From assembly GCF_009914755.1 (NCBI RefSeq), contig NC_060940.1: a stretch of DNA of 64,000 nt; one strand, 5' to 3'. The notes below the pieces were generated by a model, which saw only the letters and a list, made by a program, of their open reading frames with translations, made no database searches and was not told the DNA's origin. Position numbers and translations under genes: made by a program. Positions within the stretch are counted from its first letter, which is position 1; every line of letters begins with the position of its first letter. This DNA comes from the human T2T-CHM13v2.0 reference genome, Homo sapiens. Shown here piece by piece: positions 51,869-64,000 of the stretch.

Positions 51869-52545
51869 CAGGCAGGCATCCTTCTCAGCACTGCCATCCA
51901 GGACTCTTTCCCTTGGACACAAACAGCAAAATGCCAGGAAGACGGGACCAGGAACACAGTGTGGTCAGAAGCAAGACTGATGCAAGAAGCAACCACTTGG
52001 AAATCCAAAGGGAGCATTTTGGCCCTCTCCTGTGGGCAGCCCTCAACTTTGGTGCTCACTTCCTAACCTCAGTGACGGTTTCTGAGCTTCATCCTGCCTC
52101 TGGAGTCCACATGGGCTCCAGGCGGTGAACAGTTTCACTGAATCCTGATGCAGCAAAGCAGCATTCTCATGACAAACAGGACCTCTTCACTTTGATCATA
52201 AGCTCCTGGGCCATCTGGACAATGCACAAACTGGAAACCCAGCAAGGGGAGGAAAGTAGCTCTAAGGGGGACACATTCCCACTTCTTTCCCTTCTAGCAA
52301 GTTTGAAAGCTAATTGTAAATGCAGGTGGATATGTAGAAAATGAGGGCATGCTATAACTTCTCATCACATGAGGTTATGACCAGGAGTTTTTAATCCTAG
52401 CTCTGAGAGCTGCAAATGGGAATTGGAAGTTTTTCCACTAAGCATCTATCAATGACTGATTGTGCAAGCTTATCTTCATCATGCTGAGGAGTCTTCACTG
52501 AGAATTTTCCTATTGAACAAATAAACATAGAGATAGTGACAAGTA

Positions 52546-52846
52546 GGCCAGGCATAGAGGCTCACGCCAGTAATCCCAGCATTTTGTGAGACCAAGGTGG
52601 GCAAATCAGTTGAGGCCAGGAGTTCGAGACCAGCCTGGGCAACATGTCAAAACCCCGTCTCCACTAAAAACACAAAAAACAGCTGGGCATGGTTACTCAT
52701 GCTGGTAATTCCAGATATTCGGGTGGCTGAAGCCTGAGAATCTTCTGAACCCAGGAGGCAGAGGCTGCAGTGTGTTGATATTTTGCCACTGTACTCCAGC
52801 TTGGGCAACAGAGCAAGACTCTGTCTCAAAAAAAAAAAAAAAAAAG
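52546..52846 (+). mobile_element. Alu
   Basis: Full diverged Alu with poly-A. Confidence 0.93.
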
Positions 52847-53924
52847 AAGCAAGTGAGTAAGAGAGAGAAAACTATAAAATCACTGAACAAAGTGTAAAGA
52901 TGTTAATTTTCCCACAACGTTAGAAATTTTGTGTATATTTACATGCATATCTACACATAAAGCTGATCTCCTTATATGTTAAATCAGTTACATGTTCAGT
53001 GAAAAATACATTATTTTCTCTGTTTTAACACTGAAGAGGGGTGCACGTGGTCCAGACATGTCCTGTTGGAGTTGAATGGGGCATGTTCTGGGAAAAGGGG
53101 AAAGGCAGAGTAAGGGCCTGGTGCATTTAGGTGGGGTAAAGTGGGACTCTAATAGAGAGGCATCCAGGGTCTGGGCCCTAGCAACACTGAGGCTCACGGG
53201 GGCTTCTGCAGGTGAGGGAAATGGTGCAGGGTGCTGAAGGCTAAAATATCCTGTAACAGGCGAAGATCTGGCCAGATCGTCCTGCATTCCAGCATCATTG
53301 CCAGCCAGGCCTAACTTGACCCTATATTGAAGACACCTGGGATGGACAGGCGTGAGCCTCCAGGCTTCAAAGAGCCCCCAAATGAGATCTGCCCTGCGGC
53401 AAGGGTCCAGACCGTTACGGCCAGGCCAATTTAAAAGAGCCCCATCTCCTCTGTTCTCAGAGGCTTAAGCGGGTGGAGAACAGATAAGAAGTGAACTGAA
53501 GTCTCCTTGAAAAAAACAAAGTCCCATGGGGTTTGCCACCCCCTCCCCCCACCCACCTAAAACTGGAACCAGTCAGCCACCTCTGTCTCTTCTCCATGCC
53601 AAGAACCTCTGTTCAGGGCTCCTGGCAAACCCCTCCTCCCTGCTGCCTCCCCGCCACAGTACGCTTGCCAGGAATGCCCGAGATCTGGCACCTGAGCATG
53701 TTGCGTGGCAGGCGGGGGAGCAAGCGGGACAAGGGCGGCGATGTGTCCTGCACAAAGGCCCAGGCTGCAGACCAACTCGCCTCGCAGCAGGTAGCAGCTG
53801 TGTGCCCCCTGCCAGGCCACTCCCCCTCGCGGAGCAGCAGCTCCCGCTGCCACTTCTGTTTGTTGAACACAGGATGTATGAATGACGGCTAGGGAGCCAA
53901 GGATGGGGATGGTGGCGACATCTG

Positions 53925-54444
53925 ATACTGTTGTAGTAAAACTCCAGCCAAGGAACACGAAGAGACCTTTGGAGACCAAAGAGAACTTTATTTAATTCAG
54001 GCACCTGAGCCAACAGCAGGCTCATGCCCAAAATGGCTGCCGACCCCTGCAAAGAAAGCAGGCTTGCTTAAGTGCCGTTTGAGGCGGGAAAACAAGGCAG
54101 GTTACAGGTTTCAGACAAAGACAGTAAATTATCCAACCCGTGACAATTCGGAGAGAACTTACAATTTAGTTATTTTGTCCAGTCAACTTTGAAGCTGAAC
54201 AGAGCTGGGGTAAGGGAAAACACGAATTACAGGAATATGCGGGGGTCTGGAGGCAGGCAATAAGCTTGGAAGATTGAGATAAGCTCGCAGCTGCAACTTG
54301 TTAGCAATGCTGGAATGGACTGCTGAAATTTCTTAGCCTATGTATAACTTCTAAGTAACCTATGCTGAATGTTAACTATTACCTATGTTAGGTTTATTAT
54401 TTTAAACTTTATTATTACTTATTTTATTTTATTTTCTTTCCACA
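53925..54444 (-). mobile_element. LTR-like insertion within the CpG island (family not identified)
   Basis: ~520-bp block with a TGTGGAAAG start and AATAAA (~53990) on the minus strand, interrupting GC-rich sequence a few bases inside the intron. Confidence 0.55.
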
Positions 54445-54455
54445 GTATCTCTTAC

Positions 54456-54830
54456 CATCCGGCCCAGGCAGCAGCCAGCCCTGCCTGGGCCGCGGCCGCC
54501 GGCCTCATGAGCCTGGCATTCCTGTCGCCCCCTCTCCCATAGCTTGCCTCCTCCTTCTCACAGTCGGGCGCCCGGCTCCTCGAGACGCAGGACCACCTCA
54601 GATCTCCAGTCCTGCACCTGCCGGCTGAGCAAACGAGGAGACGGGGAGAAAAGCTGTCTGTCGTTCCTGAAGGAACAGGACCTCCGCACTCCAAGAAGGA
54701 ATCCGGCGCCCAGTGGGGGCTGCAGGAGCAGAGGACCGTGGCGGCAGTAGCAGGAGAGGCAGGAGTAGGAGCAGTGGCTTCTCTGGAGGTGGCACTGTCT
54801 GCCCCCTTGAGCCTCTTCCTAACGCAGTCT
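54456..54830 (-). other. Orphan CpG-island first exon with a 5' splice site (duplicated gene 5' end)
   Basis: GC/CpG-rich; minus strand ends ...CTGGGCCGGATG|GTAAGA, and intron-1-like CpG sequence continues at 53.3-53.9 kb. Parent not recognised with confidence (PCMTD1 is a guess from recalled pericentromeric neighbours). Confidence 0.5.
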
Positions 54831-56182
54831 TGATTCAAAATCCCTGCTCACCACGGATGCACAGTCACAGCTGAAGATTGTAGTTATCTAGGAGGATTCT
54901 TTCTTAGTTGTAAATCTATGTTTTATATAGGAGTTTTTTCGTTGTTTCTCTCATTCTTTTTTGAAATTTCATATTACTATTTTTTTTTTTTTTTGGTAAG
55001 TTCCTTGACATTCGTGTTTTGTGAGTTTGGTTTTACCTACGTATTATGATTTTGGATGTAAATCTGCAACTCTATATACATGTTAAGTCAATGTGATGTT
55101 TAATCAAAATATGAATCAGCCATATCTACCACCAATAAAATCGTGTGTTTGTTTGCCTCTATAAATATAGTCTATTTCTTCTTAATTATCTTGCATATTT
55201 CTCTTCTTGGCTGGTGTCAAAAGTTGTTTTATCTTGTTCAGGACAGTAGTCATATAAGTAGTCTTAACTTACCCACGTATTTATTGAACAAATCTATATT
55301 TTCTTTGTGTGAGGAAAACACATTTATAATTTGAAGGTAATTTTCCAAAAAGTTTGTAACTCGGTATCTCTTTTATGTATCACTTTACAATATTTTAACT
55401 GTAATAAAACACAACAAAATTTACCAGTCTATACATTTGTAATTGCATAATTTATTAGTGGTACATATATCCACATTGTTATGCAACAGGCTTCTAGAGC
55501 TTTTCCATTGCAAAACTAAAACTCAATACCCATATACGTCAACTGCCCATTTTACCCTCTCCTGAGCCCTTAACATTTTACTTTCCATTTCTGTGAGTTG
55601 GACTACTTAAGATATCTCATAAGTGGAATCACACAATCACTGTCACTTTGTTTCCTGGCACATTTCACTTAACATCATGCCCTAAAGGTTTATTGTCATT
55701 GCAGCATGTGATAAGATTTCCTTTTAAAATCATATTTCATTGTATGTATATATCATATTTACTTATTTATCTGTCAAGGGACATTCAAGTAGCTTCTACC
55801 TTTTGGATTTTTAGAATAATTCTGTCATAAACGTGGGTATGTAAATGTTTCTTTCAGGTCCCGCTTTGCACATTTAGATAGATATCTAGAAATGGTATTG
55901 CCAGACCACATCATAATTCCAATTTTAATAATCTGAGGAAACTCTGTACTATTTTTCATAATGGCTGCATGATTATTTTTTCCACCACCCAGTGCACAAA
56001 TATACCAATTTCTCTACATCCTTGAAAACACTTGTTATTTTCTCTTATTTGATAGTGGCCATCCTAATGAATGTGAGGTAATATCTCACTGGGGTTTTGC
56101 TTTTCATTTCTCTAAAGATTCATGATTTGCAGCATCTTTTAAAATTCCTCTTGGCCGTTTGTATATCTCCTTTGTAGAAACA

Positions 56183-57060
56183 TGTGGGTGTGAAGGATTA
56201 CCTAGGTGCCGAGGCAAGAGACTGAAGGTAAAAACTGTTGCAGTATAATAAAGAAAACAGTTAGAATAAAGAATAGTTATAACACAAATTAGATATAGAG
56301 ATGATCATGGACATTATCCATCATTAGTATAAACATTATTAATCACTAGCTTTTAATATTACTCTTTGTTGTATTACTCATATAACCAAGGAATAACTGG
56401 TGGGTATAGGGTCAGGTGCTGAAGGGACATTGTGAGAAGTGACCTAGAAGGCAAGAGGTGAGCCCTCTGTCACACTCACATAAGGGCCGCTTGAGGGCTC
56501 CTTGGTCGAGCGGTAATGCCAGTGCCTGGGAAGGCACCTGTTACTTAGCAGACCATGAAAGGGAGTCTCCTTTCCTTGGAGAAGTCAGGGAACACTCTGC
56601 TCCACCAGCTTCTTGTGGGAGGCTGGATATTATCCAGGCCTGCCCGTAGTCATCCGGAGGCATAAACCCCTCCTTGTGGTGCTGTGCTTCAGTGGTCACG
56701 CTCCTTGTCCACTTTCATGTTCCTCCCATTCTCCTGGTTCCTCTTTGAAGTTCTTAGTAGATAGCGGTAGAAGGAATAGTGAAAGTCTTAAAGTCTTTGA
56801 TCTTTCTTATAAATGCATAGAAGAAAACACTGATGTATGCTGCCTTCCCTCTCTGCTTTGGCTGCCTAAAAGGGAAGGGCCTCCTGTCCCATGATCACAT
56901 GACTTGCTTGACTTTATCAATCACCTGGACGACTCACCCTCCTTACCCTGCCCCCTTGTCTTGTATGCAATAAATATCAGCGTGCCCAGCCATTCGGGGC
57001 CACTACTGGTCTCTGCGTCTTGGTGGTAGTGGTCCCCCAGGCCCAGCTGTTTTCTCTTTA
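56183..57060 (+). mobile_element. LTR13A-like LTR, 3'-truncated
   Basis: TGTGGGTGTGAAGGATTACCTAGGTGCCGAGGCAAGAGAC...; reverse-complement homolog of 44859-45816; stops at CAGCTGTTTTCTCTTTA. Confidence 0.88.
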
Positions 57061-57729
57061 TCAGAAAGCTTACTACATTTGAGGTAGTCCCATTTTCCTG
57101 CTTTTTTCTTGTTACTTCTGCTTTTAATGTCATGTTAAAAAAATTATCAAGACAAATGTCATGATTTTTACCTTATATTTTAAGACTTTTATAGCGATCT
57201 TACTTACATTTAAGTGTTTAAGATAGTTTTCTATATGGTGCAAGTGAAAAGTCCAATTTTATTTTCTTCCATTTTGATACTCAATTTTAGAACACTATTC
57301 TGTTCTTCCCTGTTGTTCGGTCATGGCAGCCTGATTGAAGATTATTTGATGATATTCATAAAGGTTTATTTCTGGGTTCTCTATTCTGTTCCATCATCTA
57401 TTTGTCTTTCTGTTTGTATTGCTATAGCTTTATAATATATTTTGGAATCAGGAAGTGTGATACCTCTAACTTTGTTCTTCTCCACAGCTACTTTGGCTAC
57501 TCATTGTCCCTTGAGATTCCATATGAATTTTAAGACTTAATATTTCTGAAAAAAAATGTAACATTGGGATTTTGATAGAAAATACTTTGAATTTGTGCTT
57601 CACTGTGAGTAGTATTGACATCTTAATAATATTAAATTTTCTGACCCTTGAACAAGAAGTCAAGAGTGTTCTGTTTTAAGTTTCACATATTTTTTCATTT
57701 GCCAGTTTCCTTCTGCTTGTGATTTGCAG

Positions 57730-57843
57730 CTGAGGTCTTTTTACGCTGCCCATGCTGGTCTCCAACTTTTGGGCTTAAGCTATTCTCCCTCCTCAGCCTC
57801 CTGATGTGTTTCAATTACATGGATGAGCCACTGCACCTGGCCT
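57730..57843 (-). mobile_element. FLAM / Alu left monomer
   Basis: GCTGGTCTCCAAC...ATGAGCCACTGCACCTGGCC. Confidence 0.8.
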
Positions 57844-58860
57844 CTTCATTGTTTTTCTGATATTTTTAGGATTTGAAGGTAATTTTTGAAAAGATTGATA
57901 AATATGTATCTCTTTAGAAAGTTTTTCACTATTAATGTAGTCAAAACCACATAAAATTTACCATCTTAAATATTTTAAGTACATAGTTAAATAATATTAA
58001 ATATATTCACATTGTTATGCAACATATCTCTAGAATGTTTTTATGTTGCAAAACTAAAATTCAATAGCCATGAAACAACAACTACCCTTTTATCTCCTCC
58101 CCTGAGGCTCTGACTGATACTATTCTACTTTCTGTTTCTAAGAGTTTAACTATTTTAGATATTTAACTGGAATCACACAGTGTCCTTTTATGACTCATTT
58201 ATTTTATTTACATAATGTCCTCCAGATTTATCCTTAGTGTAAAAATAATCAGATCTCCTGCTTTTAAAAAACTGGATAATATTCCATTATTTGTATATTC
58301 CAATTTGTCTTTATTCACTGATTCATTGAGGGACATTTGGGTTGCTTCCACCTATCAGCTGTTGTGAATAATGTTGTGCAATGAATATGGATATACAAAT
58401 AACTCTTCATTTGGCCATATATATGACAGTTTATTTCTGTGCTCTATTCTGTTCCATTTGTCTGTGTGTCTGCCTTTATGTCAGTACTAAATAGTTTGGT
58501 TACTGTAATTTTGTAATACATTATAAAGTCAAGGAGTGTGATGCCTCCAATATTATTTCTTTTTTTGAAGGTTGTTTGGCTCCTGAGAGTCACTTTAGAT
58601 TCCATATAAGTTTTAGAAATGTTTTTTGTATTTCTGCCAAGTGAAATGACAGTTAAAATTTGATAGAGATCTCATTGAATCTGTAGATCATTTTGGGTAG
58701 TGTGGACATCTTCACAATATTGTCTTCCAACCCTTGAACGAGAGCATGCAGAAGAGTGCGTTGTTTAATTTCCACATATTTGTAGATTTTCCATATTTCT
58801 TCTGCTATTGATTTCTAATTTTATTCCCTTGTAATAAAAAATGATTGTAATATTTTAATC

Positions 58861-59155
58861 TTTTTTTTGAAACAGAGTTTTGCTCTGTTGCTCAGGCTGG
58901 AGCACAGCGGCTCAATCATGGCTAACCAGAGCCTCGATCTCCCAGGCTCAAGCAATCCTCCCCCGTCAGCCTCCTGAGTAGCTGGACGCACAGGCATGTG
59001 CCATTATGCCCAGCTAATTTTTAAATTTTATATTTTCTAAAGAGAGGGTCTCTTTATGTTGCCCAGGCTGGCGCCGAACTCCTAAACTCACTAATCCTCC
59101 CACCTCAGCCTCCCAAAATGCTGGAATTATAAGAATGAGCCACAATGCCTAGCCC
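58861..59155 (-). mobile_element. AluJ-like
   Basis: Antisense Alu; TSD ATATTTTAA. Confidence 0.92.
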
Positions 59156-59304
59156 ATATTTTAACATTTTAAAATTTGGTAAAACTTGTTTTGTGTCCTA
59201 GTAGGTTATCTACTCAGGAGAATGTTTCATGACCTATTGGAAAAAGTGTGTATTCTGATATTGTTGTGTGAAGTGTTTTTTTTTCCTTTTTTTTCACTTC
59301 TATT

Positions 59305-59742
59305 TGTAGCCTACACAGACCTATTGGACTGAACAAAGCAGGGTGAATGCAGGAATAAAAGACAAGAGACAAAGGGGTATATTTGGAAAAAGGGGTCAGG
59401 GGCACCTTGCCTCTAGTGGACAAGGTACCTGAGCTTTACACAGCCCTCCATATTTATTAGGTAAAAGAGATAGTGAGAAGGCGGGGGTGGTTTTCCACCA
59501 GCAGCTTGATTCACAGCTGACTCGAGAGACTGCATTCTTAGAACAATAGGCACTGGATTTCTCAGTAGATAACTTCAAGGAGCCTGGTGCCAGGGAATGA
59601 GGCCCTCAGCAAACCTTTTGGTGGCAGGGCAGTGTGAGTTTGCCCACATCCTGCATTCATGATAAACAGTTTGCTGTTTGATCATATAGCCTCCAGTGGA
59701 ATGCTGAGTTGGTCATGTCCCATGGGCCTTCAGCTTCCTGAA
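59305..59742 (-). mobile_element. LTR3-like (HERV-K/HML-6) solo LTR
   Basis: Minus strand GAAGGCCCATGGGACATGACCAACTCAGCATTCCACTGGAGGCTATATGATC; 6-bp TSD TCTATT. Confidence 0.85.
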
Positions 59743-61169
59743 TCTATTCACTGTGATGAGTGTTTTCTATATGTCTGTTCGGTTTACAGAGTTTGCTACT
59801 GATAGTCGGATAATTATGTCTCTTACTATTTTTGCATAGCTATTTCTTTCTTCATCTGGGTCGATCTTAGCTTTATACATTTGGAAACCCCGATGTGAAG
59901 TGTACATATATTTATTATTAACACAGCTTCCCCAGTGAATCAACACTTGTATCATTATATACTATCTTTATTTGTCCTTTAATTCAGTTTTGACTTAATG
60001 TGTATTTTGCATAATTATGACCCCTCTTGCTCTCATTTGATTGCAATCTTCCTAGAAGATATTTTTCATACTTGCACTTTTAGCCTATCTGTGTGCTTAG
60101 ATCTAAAGTGAGTTTCTTATAGACAGCAGAAAACAAATCGTTTTTTCTTTCAATCTCTTTAGCCAATTTACACATTTCTGTTGGAAATTTTACTCTATGT
60201 ATATATTCATTTTAATTGTGAAAAGAATGGACTACTTCCATTTTGTTAATAGTTCTATTTGTTTCTTGTAGGTATTTTCTCCTCTTTTCTGCTCTTACTG
60301 CCTTCCTTTTTATTTAATTGATTTTTATAGTGACATATTTCTATTTAATTTGCCAAGGCCAAGTTGCAAGATAAAAAGTTTGCCTTTAATCTAGTCTCTC
60401 CACATCAGATCAAGCCTATGGACAGATCTAAAAACATGAGGTTTCCCTCTTCTGGGGCCCCACTTTTTGGACTGCTGTATGATCTCTGGAGGTTTGATGA
60501 GTCCACACCAAGCAAAAGTGGACAGCAGTGTTCTACCTGTGAACACTTGTTTCTTGTAGGCCCTACTGTCTCTCAGGGCACCACCTCTCTTATCCTTTAA
60601 ACAGGAGTGATATTGGCAGAGAAGGGGCATTCACTCCTATCTGGCAGAAAAGGAGGATTCAGGCCCTTTAACCTCCCTAAGGTCAGAAAAGTCAGAGCCC
60701 TCAGAGATGCACTTGCAATGTGGCAGCCACTGGGCACAGGGGCTACTGAACAACTGTATTGTGCCCAGCATGAACTAAGATATGCTGGGGAGAAATACAA
60801 GAAAATATTTAAATATTTAGTTACATATACATATGTGCATAAAAATATATAATGCTGGGTTAAAGAAACATATGTCTATGTGTGTGTACGTATATATGTA
60901 CACATATATATGTTTCTTTAATTATTTCATTCTGATTATATGTTAAAATATTTCAGATATATTGAGCTATGTTGTTAACATCAATTTCACTCATTTTTCT
61001 TTTTCTTTATGCTGCTACTAGCAAATTCTAATTGTCACATGTGGCTCACATTTTACTTCTATTGCACATTGGTGCAATAGAGGATTGCCTAATTTCAAAG
61101 CTCAGTTTGCCTCAAAAGCCAAGAGGCCAGAAAGATTGTAAAATCTAAAAATTAAAAATAATTGTAATT

Positions 61170-61475
61170 GGTTGGGCATGGTGGCTCATGCCTGTTATGC
61201 TAGCACTTTGGGAGGCCGAGGCAGGCGGATCACTTGACCTCGGTTCGAAACCAGCCTGGTCAACATGGTGAAACCATGTCTCTACTAAAACTACAAAAAT
61301 TAGCTGGGCAACATGGTGGGTGCCTGTATCCCAGCTACCTGGGAGGGTGAGGCAGAAGAATCACTTGAACCTGGCAGGCGGAGGTTGCAGTGAGCCAATA
61401 TCTCATCACTGTACTCGAGCCTGGGTGACAGAGTGAGACTCTGTCTCAAAAAAATGTAAATAAAAATAAAAATAA
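61170..61475 (+). mobile_element. Alu (S-type)
   Basis: Full Alu. Confidence 0.93.
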
Positions 61476-61505
61476 TTGTTATTATTTTGTTTCTATTTTG
61501 AATAA

Positions 61506-62085
<580 letters not shown>

Positions 62086-62756
62086 AAAAACTGTCTTAAA
62101 ACTATTCTTTTAATGCTTAGCAATACTAATTTTTAGTGAGAAACTTAAGATTACTTAATTTAACATAACCAGACTTTAAGATTTTAAATTACTAAAAAAA
62201 AAAAAAAGAAACTTAAAATGATGACAGAGTTACTTCCTCTAATGTTTTTTGGTGAGGGTTTCAAATACCTATGTCATATATTGAAACCTACAGTTCTATA
62301 AGCCCTACCCTTAAATCAAAACAACCCTGATGCTATTGTGAACAGGTACTTAGCACAAATCCTACCCTTAGGCAAATTTATATAGTGATTTCAATTGTCC
62401 TTCACATTCCCTTTCCTGTGATAAGTGTCTGGGTTTAGGGGGTCACAGTGTGAGGTTCCACCATCTTCAGCTATCTGAGACATAGCTTCTATTAATAAAT
62501 GTTCCTCTTAAATGTTTCTTTCTGAGAAACTTGATTTGTCAGCCTCATTCTTCAAACTCTCAGCTCCTTTGGCCTTTAAAGGTAGGTTTATATATATATA
62601 TATACTCACAAGAAAACACCCTCATATATATAGTCTGTCAATTTCTCAAACATTGTTATGTGGTTCATGACTGTAATGTGTGCCACATGTAGTTTTGTAC
62701 ATGAATAGTATATTTTTTATAGCTACTTTCTATTACACATCACTAAAATACATGTT

Positions 62757-62932
62757 CAGTAAGTGCTCACTTAACATCATTGATAGGTCCCTGGAAACTG
62801 ACTTTAAGTGAAACAAAATACTATATGCCATGGAAAATTAACTCTTGTTTATATCAATTAGCCAATGGTAAAATTGGTTTTATTATATAGTACATTGTTT
62901 TACTTAAAGTCACAGTTTCTGAGAATCTATCA
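62757..62932 (+). mobile_element. Tigger-family DNA transposon fragment (MER82-like)
   Basis: CAGTAAGTGCTCACTTAACATCATTGATAGGT...GGAAACTGACTTTAAGTGAAAC, with the inverted ACTTAAAGTCACAGTTTC. Confidence 0.65.
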
Positions 62933-63039
62933 AAAAAGGGAGAACATACTGTCATTAGTATTACAGTATATGGTACATTATAGCATTACACTATTATAGT
63001 ATGTTATTGTAGTCTTAGCAATTGGTAGTATAATGTGTT

Positions 63040-63354
63040 TCAGTTTCTCCCAAGGTCACAGAATTATCCAGACCAACCAATAACAACTTCCTGTGGGAAC
63101 CAGGTGCATCTCACCCTCTTGATACTACAAAGCCTTCCCCAACACCCCCTGTTTGTTCTCTCTGCTCCCAAGTGCAATCCCTGTGTGGGTCTGTATACCT
63201 TATATAATTTCCTTCTTCCATGATTATATGTAACGAATAACTGCTGTCAATCTCATTTGTCCAATGATTGGTGCCATGGTTTTAACTGTTCCAGTAGTAC
63301 AAGGGTGGTAATTTATCCCTCACCAATGGGGTAAAGGGGAGGCTAATCAAACAA
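63040..63354 (+). mobile_element. Old LTR fragment (ERVL-like)
   Basis: GAATAACTGCTGTCAATCTCAT...TCCCTCACCAATGGGG...CTAATCAAACA end; subfamily uncertain. Confidence 0.45.
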
Positions 63355-64000
63355 TTCACAATACAAACTGGATTAACCAACTATGACTAAGGACATCGGC
63401 TCAACTTTAACTGCTTTTGGCCTACTGATTTCATGATACATTAAAAGTCACCTCAGTCAGAGCCACCAGTTTCTGGTGGGCTTTTGCTTTGGTCTAAATA
63501 GCCATTTGTGGCCTTTATCATGAGTTGCCTTCCCTGACCACATTAAAGCACACTCATCACCTAGACATATATGGTCAGTTGACTCTGCTGCAGCCTGATG
63601 TGTCATCATATTTAGCCTTTGTTTGGCATGCAGCTTGCAAGACACTTGCCTTTCAAGGCAGTGAAAACACAGAACCTTAATCAGTGAGTACTTCAGTCCT
63701 GATTACCAAGAGTCAGGCTATATCCCTGTGGTCACTTCATCTGGTCTGCTTACCATTACTAAATGCCCGGGTAGTCATATGAACATTGCTTATTATTGCA
63801 CACTCTCAGGAAAGGCCCAGGGACGGTTTTTTGTAAAATTGCAAAAAACAAAAAGGACTTTTACTTTGGAGAGAATTATGCACGTCACTCAGTTGCTCTA
63901 ACAAGTGCTACCGTCATGGGAGCAAGAACAGTGACCTTGTCTTTCCTGAGCTGCCGCTTCCTTTGCTCCTGTCACATGCACTCTCACGATGAGGGGCTCA

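Larger units (their letters stand above)
55380..60350 (-). mobile_element. Fragmented antisense L1M tract, interrupted by LTRs and Alus
   Basis: L1 3'UTR/ORF2 antisense motifs, e.g. GGACATTTGGGTTGCTTCCACC, GAATCTGTAGATCATTTTGGGTAGT, TCAGGAAGTGTGATACCTC. Confidence 0.85.

Noticed and set aside
53526-54838. ORFs as TP53TG3 or another coding gene
   Set aside because: No match to the recalled TP53TG3 protein; several ORFs run into the LTR-like insert.
44859-57060. A single provirus or composite transposon bounded by the two LTR13A copies
   Set aside because: The LTRs are inverted, the first has its own TSD, and no gag/pol sequence is evident between them.

Overview
Human (primate) genomic DNA with no intact protein-coding gene. 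It reads as a pericentromeric segmental-duplication mosaic; the HERC2P + ABHD17AP combination suggests 16p11.2, which is an inference from recall. From left to right: (i) 1-5.3 kb, the 5' end of a HERC2 duplicate on the minus strand (CpG island, exons 1-2), head-to-head with a CMC2 processed pseudogene and very Alu-dense. (ii) ~5.3-38+ kb, AT-rich sequence carrying one intact-looking GPC5 exon (minus strand). Into it a 3.2-kb, 5'-truncated but intron-retaining ABHD17A copy has inserted, ending at its poly(A) site and showing many apparent CpG transversions. (iii) 40-46 kb, a full-length THE1C MaLR and HERV-K-family LTRs. (iv) 46-55 kb, a CRE-palindrome minisatellite, a three-exon FGFR3 relic, an intronless DUXC/DUX4-like relic (one homeodomain plus the C-terminal activation motif) and an orphan CpG-island first exon, all between two inverted LTR13A copies. 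(v) 55-64 kb, old antisense L1, LTR3, Alus and a KRAB-ZNF-type promoter fragment. Gene identities come from manual translation compared with protein sequences recalled from memory. Repeat subfamily names and many boundaries are approximate.
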